This document shows positions 42,301 to 53,392 of a DNA stretch of 64,000 nt, in pieces. The notes beneath the pieces are model-generated. The model was not told the DNA's origin. It ran no database searches and saw nothing but the letters and a program-made list of their open reading frames with translations. The position numbers and the translations under genes were made by a program. Position 1 is the first letter of the stretch. The number at the start of each line of letters is the position of its first letter. This DNA is from Trichoplax adhaerens (taxonomy: Eukaryota; Animalia; Placozoa): the NCBI RefSeq assembly GCF_000150275.1, contig NW_002060960.1:1114562-1178561 (forward strand). The letters run 5' to 3'.

Positions 42301-44614
42301 ACATAAACAGTATGTAAAACAGTCTATTTGATAATAATAAATATACAGTACGTACAATAGCCTATTAAATACTGTCATTCTATATTTAATATACCAATAT
42401 AGCGATACTTACGCCCTGTAATATTCGTACAATGTGTAAGATTGATATGGAATTATGCGATGATAGAATAAAAGAGTTTATATAGTATTGACGTATAGTA
42501 AGACACAAGTAGAGAAGAGTAGAGTAGTAATGGTTGATTGTAGTAAATGACGATTGAACGGCGTTTTAGTGTATTGGTGATTTTAGTATACGTATATTCG
42601 TAAAATAACCATACGATAATCATTCCATTCGATCATTGCATATATGTACATATCCATTCCATAGTAAATCGAATTGTCGATCCCATAGTAAATCCAGTAG
42701 TAAACCATAGATGTATAATAACATAAAATAATCATAATTAAAAATAAAATAATATTAATCCTCCTACATTAAACATGCTATACTATAATTATAAGTATCG
42801 TACAAGTATTATTGTAATCATACACAATAAAAAATATACAGTACGTACAATAGTCTATTTAATAATGTCATTGTATATTTAATATACCAATATAACGATA
42901 CTTACGATCTGTTGATTAATATGGAATTATGCGACGATAGAATAATACAGTTTATATAGTATTGACGTATAGTAAGAAAGAAGTGGAAAAGAGAACAGTA
43001 GTAATGGTAAATTGTATTGAATGACGATTGAATGGCGATTTAGTGTATAAGCATTGCAGTGTATTGGTGGTTTAGTATACGCATATCCGTATAATAACCA
43101 TACGATAATCATTCCATTCGATCATTGCATATATGTACATATCCATTACATAGTTAGTCACATTGTCGATCCCATAGTAAATCCAGTAGTAAACCATATA
43201 TGTATGTAAATACAATAACATAAAATAATCATAATTTATACACTAAAATAATATTAATCTTCTAATATTAAACATGCTGTACTACAACTTATTATGATTA
43301 TCGTACAAGTATAATTGTAATCATACACAATAACAAATGTACAGTACGTACAATAGTCTATTTAATAATGTCATAGTATATTTAATATGCGAATAAAATA
43401 ATACTTACAATCTGTATTAATCATACGGAATAATGCAATGATAGAATAATACAGTTTATATAGTATTGACGTATAGTATGACACAAGTAGAGAAGAGTAG
43501 GGTAGTAATGGTTATTTATATTGAATAACGATGGAATGGCGATTTAGTGTATAAGCATTGCAGTGTATTGGTGGTTTTAGTATACGTATATCCGTATAAT
43601 AACCATACGATAATCATTCCATTTGATCATTGCATATATGTACATATCCATTCCATAGTAAATCGCATTGTCGATCCCATAGTAAATCCAATAGTAAACC
43701 ATATATGTATAAAAATACGATAACATAAATAATTCATGTTAATGCGCAAAAGTAATATTAATCCTCGTACATTAAACATACTATACTGCAATTATAATTA
43801 TCATACAAGTATTATTCTAATCATACACAATAACAAATATACAGTACGTACAATAGTCTATTTAATAATGTCATTGTATATTTATTATACCAATACAACG
43901 ATACTTACAGTCTGTAATATTCGTATGATGTGTATGATTGATATGGAATTATGCGATGATAGAATAATACAGTTTATATAGTATTGACGTATAGTAAGAC
44001 ACAAGTAGAGAAGAGTAGAGTAGTAATGGTAATTTGTATTGAATGACGATTGAATGGCGATTTAGTGTATAAGCATTGCAGTGTATTGGTAGTTTTAGTA
44101 TACGTATATCCGTATAATAACCATACGATAATCATTCCATTCGATCATTGCATATATGTACATATCCATTCCATAGGAAATAGGATTGTCGTTCCAATAG
44201 AAAATCATATATATATCAATCAAATCATATAGATTATTTTATTAAACAGAGTAAATGTAATAATGAACGAAAGTAATAATTATTTTACAATTTGCTGTTT
44301 GTAACTGTACCCGGATCATTGGCCGCATCATGTAAAATCCAACCGAATTTTTGTACTTTAAGATCTGGTTGCAAACATAATAAATTGCAAAAGGAAGTCA
44401 TGTTCGTTTTATCTTTTTTCTTGGACTTTAACAAACTGCACAGTGTTCTGTTTTTTTGTTGTCGAGATGACTTTGAATTGATTAATTTGTACTCCTCCTC
44501 TGATATTAAATTCTCATTCTTGATATCAGTTAACAACTCTTCTATAGGTAAATGATCGCAGAGATGATTTTCATAAATTCGTAAAGCGTTGTCAATATAA
44601 TTCCATCCTTCCAT
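36349..44614 (-). CDS. ROCO-family protein: CARD-like death fold, linker, ROC GTPase, COR with terminal CxxC..CxxC, C-terminal CARD
   Basis: Exon 44614 to ~44289/44311 is CARD-like (LPIEELLTDIKNENLISEEEY...KNRTLCSLL). The large exon ~39429-37408 has GPENVGKT, CDFGDQAEYHVTHQPFM, GSHAD and COR motifs (IPVRW, LSYLHSIGQIVY, YLIPCLL). Three further exons (~37010-36950, 36795-36598, 36511-36349) encode a CARD ending KLLDILPERGNRAFDAFCEVL, stop at 36349-36351. Confidence 0.9.
39920..44230 (-). repeat. Intronic tandem array of nine ~450-560 bp units, each with a candidate 3-nt microexon
   Basis: Recurrent unit sequence (ATACAGTACGTACAATAGTCTATTTAATAATG...). Each unit has minus-strand CAG-NNN-GTA(A/G)GTAT with NNN at 43909-11 ACT, 43409-11 ATT, 42906-08 ATC, 42413-15 GGC, 41856-58 GGC, 41396-98 GGG, 40892-94 ATT, 40446-48 ATT, 39999-40001 GAG. 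Confidence 0.9.
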
Positions 44615-45071
44615 TATTTCCAATCAGCCTGTGTGGAGCGTCAATAATATGGCTATATTTAGTTTTAGCTGTTTCGGTTTTTCATTTTTCTCTAACACAG
44701 TATTACGTGCAGTAGACAATACTGTAGCAGTGATAAGCTATCACATCACTTTCAATACAATCCTATCACTCGATTTCATTTCTACTGTAATGTATAAGTA
44801 ACAACAGATTGTTGTACTCCATCTTGACTTTAACGACTTCAATTTATAGTTTAGTAGTCAAACATAGACTCATTGTCGGTATACAAGAAGGATTTACAAC
44901 GTTGCAACATGGAATAATGTGCGAGTATTTCAACATGTCATTGATATACTCGTAAAGCGATTGTTGATGTATTGTAATAGTCAGTTATAGTCTATTTTTC
45001 ATCGTCCAAGTAGGAGTTTATTCTCTCTTGTACACGGTATAAAGTTACTGAACCTCTGACAGGTCTATCAA

Positions 45072-45945
45072 ATGGTAATACTATCTATTAAATGAGCACA
45101 TTATCGTAAACCGTCAGCAAAGCGACGGGAGTTTGTACTAGTCAGATATTAACTGTCTTGGTACAGCTAATTTCTACAGTATATTAGGTATTAATTGTCT
45201 TACTACAGTTCATTTACCTCTCTATTGTTGTCAAGATGAAATGTTATGTTGTTTTGTATGTGTACGTATTCCACCCACCCACCCATCCTAGAAACGAGCA
45301 GCGCGGGGGTATTTATACTACTGTTAGATGACTGTGATTATGGGTTCATTTCAATAGGTCAGTATAAGATTTTTGCAGTACTTTTTAGCTCTAAGGTAGT
45401 CATTTCTGCAGAGTACTGATTATTAAAATAGTATTCGTTATGTCGGTAAGGGTGGCCACTGGGCCTTTCAAGTTTGATTTGATGTAATATTCTGATGAAA
45501 ATTGAATAAACATACAATCTTTATAGAGTTTTCTACGCAGCCATTTTGATTGTTACATTTTCTTATAACGGTTGCTATCGATAGAGCAAGCTTTGCTTGC
45601 ATACTCAAGCGATCCTTAGAGTCATTATAATGATTGGTACAGAATTGACCACAGTACTAAGGACATTGTACCGCACTGTAGATATCTTACAGTACCTGCT
45701 AATCTTAACTTGGTATGTCCATCACCATACATTAGTTATCATAATGTGCTTTGGACCATTAACTATTCTTAATATAGCATTTCATCCGTGAATGCATTAT
45801 TGAAAAGTAGTATTCTACAAGCATTGCTGTGAATATAGTAATGCCTGGCTATTACCGGAATATAGGTAATACTATCTGTTAATTATTAACAAATAAGTAC
45901 ATTATCGTAAACCGTCAGCAAAGCGATGTGAGTTTGTACTAGTAG
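45072..45945 (+). repeat. Two copies of a ~70-bp repeat (45072-45143 and 45865-45943) upstream of the ROCO gene
   Basis: GGTAATACTATCT...CATTATCGTAAACCGTCAGCAAAGCGA.G.GAGTTTGTACTAGT occurs twice. Confidence 0.75.
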
Positions 45946-46689
45946 TCATTAAAGACACCGTGTAATGTAACTCACTGACGTTATTAACTGTAACTATATA
46001 TGAGTATCATATTCATAACATAATCATTATTGACGTAAAAAGACAATCGCTACACGCAGATATTTACATCTACAGTAAAAATATTCCATGACCATGTAAA
46101 ATTAGTTAATCGAATCAGCTACACAATAGTTACTTAATTCTGATTGTGGGTACCGAACTAATTAGGCATTGTTCGAAAATAGTTTTAAAGTATACCGTAC
46201 AAACATGACATCGTCAAAGTTTTATTATATTTCTTTCTCTCTCCGTTTATATGAACGGGGAATTCTCACTAGTAGGATGAATGGAAGAAATAGGCATCAT
46301 CATTTTTAAAACTACAGGTATGGTTTGTTACTAGATGTCATCATGCAATTTCATATTACTGTATTATAAACACAAGTGAGTCAAGGACTATCAGTCAATA
46401 ATAACCTGTAGCGCAGCAAGGATATTTTGCACGCAGCTTGAAGACAACACGCGTCAATTCGGTACGAGTGAAAATTGGGACAATCACCTGCATAGCCGTT
46501 ACTAAATATGGATTAGACAGTAAATCTAATTTGGACAATCTGTTGATGGAGTATGTGAAGGAAATGCTCTATTCTGTACACTCATTGCTCATTCACTCAA
46601 TTGATGGAGGCTAACTACCTGTAAGAGTATCATTGAGTTGAGCGATCTGTGAATGGTGTATTGATCTGATCAATGATGGGCTTATCAGA

Positions 46690-49600
46690 CTGATTGGAGT
46701 TGATGGCCAGTGGATATCGGTGGTGATGTCACTGGTTGAAGTAGCGGATAGTCGATCAACGATGGGATGGATTCCTCTACTGGCTATTGGCTAAGCAGGA
46801 GAAAGGCTGAAAAGGAAAGGGGAAAAAACTGCAGCAAGGCCCGTCAAGATAGCGCAATCAACTGAGAGCAATGTTGGCTACGTTCTCCAAACTAACTATA
46901 CGGCACGTTTCTGCAGCTGGTTGGCATGGGCATAGTAGACAGTATAGTGTACCGCGTCAGACATGCAATCCACTCGAAATGACTCAAGAATCAGCCTGCA
47001 CATCATTAGTATTACAGATGATCGTCTCTACCAGTCTACCTAATGCGATTACAGTCGTGAAGAAGGACGGACATCTTGTTTAATGACTACAGTACTAGAA
47101 TTGATTGACCAGGCCCTTCTCCAGTTCTCCTACTTGTTGCAATCATGTCCTTCGAGTAATTATTATTCCATTTGAAAATAGGAAAATGGAATAATAATAA
47201 ATTAATATAACGTTCTCTTCTATTGCATTGGAAGCGCGACACAGTGACAGGATTACATTGATTTGGAGACGACGGTGTGCAATAGAGACCCTTAACAACC
47301 CTTACAGACTAACGGTCTCTAGTGTACTGTACAATGTTGCGTATTGGCAGTGGTTACCATATTCAGTTAGTCACTGCCGTAATAGCAGGGCGAGCTTTCT
47401 TCAACGTTTTACTTCAACTATCTTTTAAACTACTGTAAGTACCAGCATACAGTTTAGAAGGCAAGAAATGGGCCTAGTTACTTTGTTGATAGCCTGCCTG
47501 CCTGTTATCCAATACTCCGCTACGATATATGATATTTTGTTGAAGATTGCAATGATGCAGGAAAGATGCAAATTATGCTATAGAATGCAGCAACTTATTT
47601 CACCCGTTTTTTTACCCTTCAAAAATGAAAAAAAGAGTCGTTTCCTTCTAGCATAGAACCACTGATTACTTCATCATTACCTTGTTCTTACTCTCCAAAC
47701 GTGATATAAACAGTAAAATTTTTATAATGTATAACTCATTGAGGTAATTAATAATGGAGTAGGGTAAAACCTAGTCAATGCAATAGCACTCTTTCACTAT
47801 TTTGAATCCAACCTTGCAAGAGTCAATATATAATACAACAATTGGTTTTCATAGGTACATGATCCGTTATGATGATCATCTCCACTTACCAGGTTAATTG
47901 GAGTTGATGGCAAGTGGATATCGGTGCTGATGTTCCTAGTTGAAATAGAGAATACGATAACGGTGCTTGGAGCGTACACAATCCTCTAATCGTAGCGGAT
48001 CGTTGATGAAAGATGAGATTGAGAAAAGGGATGAAGAAAACTCCAGCAAGGCCCGCCAACTGAGAAGAATGTTGCCAATGTTCTTCTGTACAGATGCTAT
48101 CAGTAGTCTACAGTAGGTCATCCAAAGTGGTGTACAATACACTATGCTACACTCCACGCTAATAACGCTTGCAGTGGTTGGTGTTTTGGCGCCCAGCGAC
48201 TACTGGCGAGTAGCGAGTCGGTAAATCACTTTCAGTACTAAGTAAGGGTTAGACGATCCATTTTGCCGCTGATTCGACTCTATCAATGCAAGCGTATATC
48301 ATACTGCTCGAAAGCAACTTAGCAATGCGAAGAGGCGGTCCGTTTCTACGGATCGGAAGGAATATCTCAATTTTATTGGTTACTTCTTTCCATTGTGTGA
48401 ATGGAAAGAAGTAACCAATAAAATTGAGTGAAAGGAAAGAAGTAACCAATGAAATTGAGATATTTCTTCCGATCCGTAGATGATCCATGCGCACCGCCTC
48501 TTCGCATAACGCCCTTCACTTAGCAGCACGTTCTCTTCCATTATTACATAGGAACTTTTGGAAGCGTGACACAGTGACAAGATTGCATTGCCTTGGAGAC
48601 GATGGTGTGCAATATTGCGCATTAGCAGTGGTTACCATGGTCACTGCTTTAGTAGCAGGGTGGGTTTTCTTCAATGTTTTACTTCAAGTAAAATTGAACG
48701 ACGTAAAGTACTCGTTTTCGCCTACTATAGATACCAACAGACAGTGTAGAAGGTAACAAATGGATCTAGTTACTTTGTTGATAGACTGCCGGTTATAATT
48801 GTTATCCAATATTCCGATACGAGTATCTGAACGATGTTGACTGCAAAGTTTGCAGAGAGAGTAGTTGCTTCTTAGTCTTAATCCGTTCATTCGATTGGAG
48901 AGTCAACGGATGTATCCTCTGCCATTTTCTTTCTCAGTCATCCATTTACAGATGGTCTTGCGTTGATCGCAGGCATGATTACCAATCAACAAAGTCAACT
49001 ATTGCCCTATTTTGGACTCAAACTTACGCATACATTTCATATCAGCGTATAGGCATGATAGAGCGCTGATCTCATTTATCCACATCGATAACCTGACGAC
49101 TTGTAATGTGAACCGCATTTTTGCACTTTACCATTCTCAAATCCAATAAAGGATAGCATTGCAACATTCCGTAATCATGCTTTGTTGTATTTAATTGTCA
49201 GCAATCGCATACTCTTGGTTTCCTTGCTAGATTAATTATAAATTACATGATACTTGAACTGAAACCAACGTATCCAAAACAAAATGCTATTTTGTTCAAG
49301 ATTGTAATGATGTAGTAATCGAGATGGAAATTGTGCTATGGAATGCAGAAACTTACTTCACATGTTTTGTTTTAACGTACGCGTCTTACTTTATTTATTT
49401 GTTTAACGTACGCAGGTAAGAAATTAAAATAGAGGAGTCGTTTTCTCCTACAATAGAACCACTCACTAGCCAATGTTCCTTCTCTGAATACTGTACCATC
49501 GACAATATTCTTATCAATATTAATATCCAGTACAAAATGATATTTTCTTCAAGATCGTAATGATGTAGTCAAGATGGAAATTGTGCTATGGAATGCTATA

Positions 49601-49930
49601 AATTCACATGTTTTTGTTTTTTCATTAACCAATATTCCTTTTCTGATACTGTACCGTGGATATGATTGTGTTGGATAGTGATGTATTTGTACAATCATCA
49701 ATTCGTTGGATACTTATGTTCTTGCCCATTTCTTTCTACATATAAATCAATCTGTTTTTATTAATCAATTGTAGGATTAAACAGATCTAGTTTACGTTCA
49801 TAAATTCATTAGATACTTAGTTTCTCACCTATTTCTCTTTGCACTCTACAGGCACAATCTTTATTTTTCAAATTGTGGGATGAAACAGACCTAGTTTACG
49901 CTCATAAATTCATTGGATACCTCGAAAGAC
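46690..49930. repeat. Patchwork of degenerate local duplications
   Basis: 46690-46990 resembles 47895-48150, 47210-47520 resembles 48530-48815, 49281-49350 resembles 49534-49600, and there are ~115-bp tandem copies at 49700-49920. Confidence 0.7.
48325..48507. repeat. Long nested foldback (MITE-like)
   Basis: Outer perfect 15-bp inverted repeat ATGCGAAGAGGCGGT/ACCGCCTCTTCGCAT. Inner ~50-bp arms span 48345-48480 with a 5-nt loop and a duplicated segment in the right arm. Confidence 0.85.
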
Positions 49931-50253
49931 AGATCATTTGCTTCGTTTTAGACACAAATCAATACAAAATCTGCAGTATATTGACTGCTTGAATTTGACT
50001 GGGATGACAAGAAGCATCCACTCTGCTGCTCTATTTTCCACTCAATGTTAGTATACACCCTGTATATGCGCACGAGGACAGACAGGATACAACACTGGTC
50101 TCATTTATCTAGATCCATCACATGATGACTTGTACAGGAGAAGCTCTACTGACCCTTAATCCTCAATGGCTAAAACTCTGTCATAGTTTACTTTAATCTT
50201 CGATTAAGCTATCATGCTAACTTTTTGTTTAAAGATTTCTCTTATTGAACTTG

Positions 50254-50512
50254 AAAAGGCTACAAAATGCCCTATTCTCCTCTTCTAGAACACTTTTAAC
50301 TTATTACTCCATCATTACTTTGTTATTACACTTGAATTGTGATAGAAACAGTCAATTTCTCATTCTGTAGATTGGTTACCAACTCATACAGGCAATTAAT
50401 ATAGTAATCAAAGACTTGGTTGATTCAATAGCACCCTTTCAATATTTTCAATCGGTACTTTGCAAGAGTTAATAATACAATGACATCAAATTTTGCCAGC
50501 TAGCTATGTACC
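50254..50512 (+). repeat. Dispersed ~250-bp repeat, copy 2
   Basis: Aligns by eye to 34922-35175. Confidence 0.8.
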
Positions 50513-50645
50513 TGCGGTTCAATATGGCAGAAAGGGTTACATTAACACGGTTTGCATGTTTATTCCATTTAGTCATTTTCATAGATGGGAAAATGTGACA
50601 GTGAATGTGGCGATCACTACCCACTTTACCCGGTGAAGGTTTAAG

Positions 50646-50778
50646 GGCCAATGTTTTAGAACGAGAAGAAACGTTTGTTCATTGCCCTGATCTCCACTCA
50701 AACAAAAGAAGAAAACTAGGAAAATCGTAGGGATCAGGCCAATGAGCATACGTTTCTTTTCCTTCTGAAATATTGGCC
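50646..50778. mobile_element. MITE with ~50-bp imperfect TIRs and ~9-bp TSD (Mutator-like)
   Basis: GGCCAAT...ATTGGCC termini, arms pair over ~50 bp, flanks AGGTTTAAG / AGGTTTTAAG. Confidence 0.65.
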
Positions 50779-53392
50779 AGGTTTTAAGTCATCTTTTCAA
50801 TTACTATGCTGCATGCTCATCAATTTGTACTCCATGCATCGTTGAATTGTAGTTAGCGTTCTATACTACCAACAATGAGTGCAACATTGGTTAAGTGTGC
50901 GAGATTGAGCAAATCCATTCGATGATGGATGTAAATATTGCATTAGATGATTAATTAATTAATTTACTCGCCGATTTTGCTCTTGTAAGCAAAATTTTCA
51001 TATCTTTATCACGTCTTAAGATGAAAAGTAAAATTCATGATTCGATCTACAATAATGTTGTTTTCTTCGATATTTTTAAGATTCCAAATTCTATCCGCTA
51101 GTAGTCTATGGATAAAAATTCATTATAATTATCACCAGTTTGACTACGAGTAGCAATAAGAAATAAATTGTTCGACTATTACTGGCGCACGGTAGTTGAT
51201 CAACTTTTCTATGGAATTCAATGCGCATCTCTACTCCATCATTGCTTATGTATTCATCAATCTACAGCTTACCTATTGATTGGATATTTTCTGTTTCCAT
51301 TTGCGTCGATTATCTTGGAGACCCATTCCTCATGGCACTGAGTCCAATAATTATAAATAAAACTGCAACTAGGATAAGTATAAACCTCATTATCTATTTT
51401 ATTCGTTGATAGCTATGCCGATTGCAGATCTGATCGACTACGACTGCCACTGTTACTACCGCACCATCTACTCATTAAAATGAAAATGATTCCAACAAGC
51501 AATGATGAAATTGCAAGAGAATATGTGTTGGCCAAAGATGGAGTATCAAACGTTCAACAAACTGCCCGCCTAACCAGAGTGTAGTACAATGTACTGCATA
51601 GTAGTAGATTCCACAGTGGAGTACACAGCTGAGTGAAGGATTAATTTGCTAGCTGAAAATTTTCTTATCCAATTCTTCCTTCGTTATGAGATGTTTTAAG
51701 CCTTTAGTACAATGTAATCTGCACTCTAAGTGTAGTTTAGTATAGAAGATGACAAACGCATGCTACAGACAGTAGAGTAATCGATTAATGGTGAAATCAG
51801 TTATTAGTGCTACATAAATGGCTGCAACCTTTCTCGTATTGCACTATCGAAAATCATTTCTATTCGTCAGATGGAAACAGTCTTGATGCATACGAAATTA
51901 GAAAGTGTGTTATCAAGGCTGCATGAATCCAATTTTACACTGTTGACAGCAGGATTATTTTCTATAAGCTATAGCGGTTGCGGTAAAGAATATAGACCTT
52001 ACGATTCCATGCATTAAAGTAATTCACCATGACTTTAATGTGAAAATCATCCATTTGTCATAGTCCTAAATAATTTAATCTATCATACTAATCACAAGGA
52101 AACTCTTTCGTCCTAAACAGCTACGCCACAATCAATGTTAGTCTGATCGTTATTTCCTTAATTCTACGAAGATTTGAATATTTGTAGTCATACCATCGTA
52201 CGAGAAATACAACTTCAAATGGATTGGTTTGTAAGTTAAAATGTAAAATTGTGCAAGTGTTTATTATCACTGCAAAGATAGATGTAGATAGCTCTCAGTA
52301 GAACTTATTTATATGATCTGTACTGACAGTGCAGGGTAGAGTAATAATGTCAAGTTAATAAGAAATTCAAGTTCTTGTCATATTATTCGCTGATTAGAAT
52401 TGTAATAAGATAGTAAAACGACTTTGAAGGATAAATCTTCTACGTCATATCTTAAATAAGGAACAATATTATTAACAATCGTGCTAGTAAGTTACCGATC
52501 GTAATATTAATAACAAATGCTTTGACTATCATTTTTTCGTCCATACAAAGTTAAGTCTAATAATTATCGTTGTACTAATAATATTAGCGTTATACGTCGG
52601 TAAAATGAAGGATAAATAGATTTATTCAGTCAACACAAACTACTAAAATCAATAAAATCACAGGGAAGGAACTTTATGGACAATATTTTACTACTTGTTA
52701 GCCATAATAAATTATTCAACTGTAAAATTAATCAATTTTCTATTATATTGTATAAGGAAAATTCAATGAGCAAGATCATTCAATTAACGTTTTAGCTAAA
52801 AAATTATCATTTTAATTCATTGAATATTACGAGACTTGTATACATCAAATTGGACTGTCCGAATTTTGTACGTCTGTGGGTATGTATGTTCGCAATAGCA
52901 AGCAGCCTTTTAAATTAATGCAGATTATCGAGTGATAATTCATGCCGCAGTGCAACTATATTTCTATATCCTCAAGTAATTTCTTTTAAAACTTAAACCG
53001 AAAATAGTTGCAAGTACTAGAATATTTTTGACAGTTGAAATTATCTTATAGAATTGAGGATCGATTAGTGTATAACCTGGTTCGATTTTGATGTTAAATG
53101 GATTGATTTGATTGATAAGGCAATTTTGCATCATGAATGTATTTGTAGTGAAGTCAATTCTTAAGGGTCCACAATAAGTCAGACTAAGTGGATTTAAAAG
53201 TCGAATTAAGCTTTAATACAATAAAACTAACTGCAACTGTATTGATAACAAACTATGAACAAGAAGAACTCGCGATCTACTCGATACATACGCTTATAAA
53301 ATCCTAGTGCATGACCTAGTAAGTAATGGTAGTAACATTATCACGCTTTCACGCGCTAAATACGGGCATTAAATTACCATATTTTACCGGGG

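Noticed and set aside
39920-44230. Repeat array as a CRISPR array or as LRR/TPR-coding exons
   Set aside because: Eukaryotic context, units ~500 bp with no repeat-spacer structure or cas genes. Translations of the unit (ORFs at 40140, 40866, 42927, 43736, 44050) show no repeat-domain motif.
48820-49180. Rab-like small GTPase remnant (WINEI...LLIGNH) on the minus strand
   Set aside because: Several stops and no recognisable P-loop or DxxG. Similarity is too weak to call.
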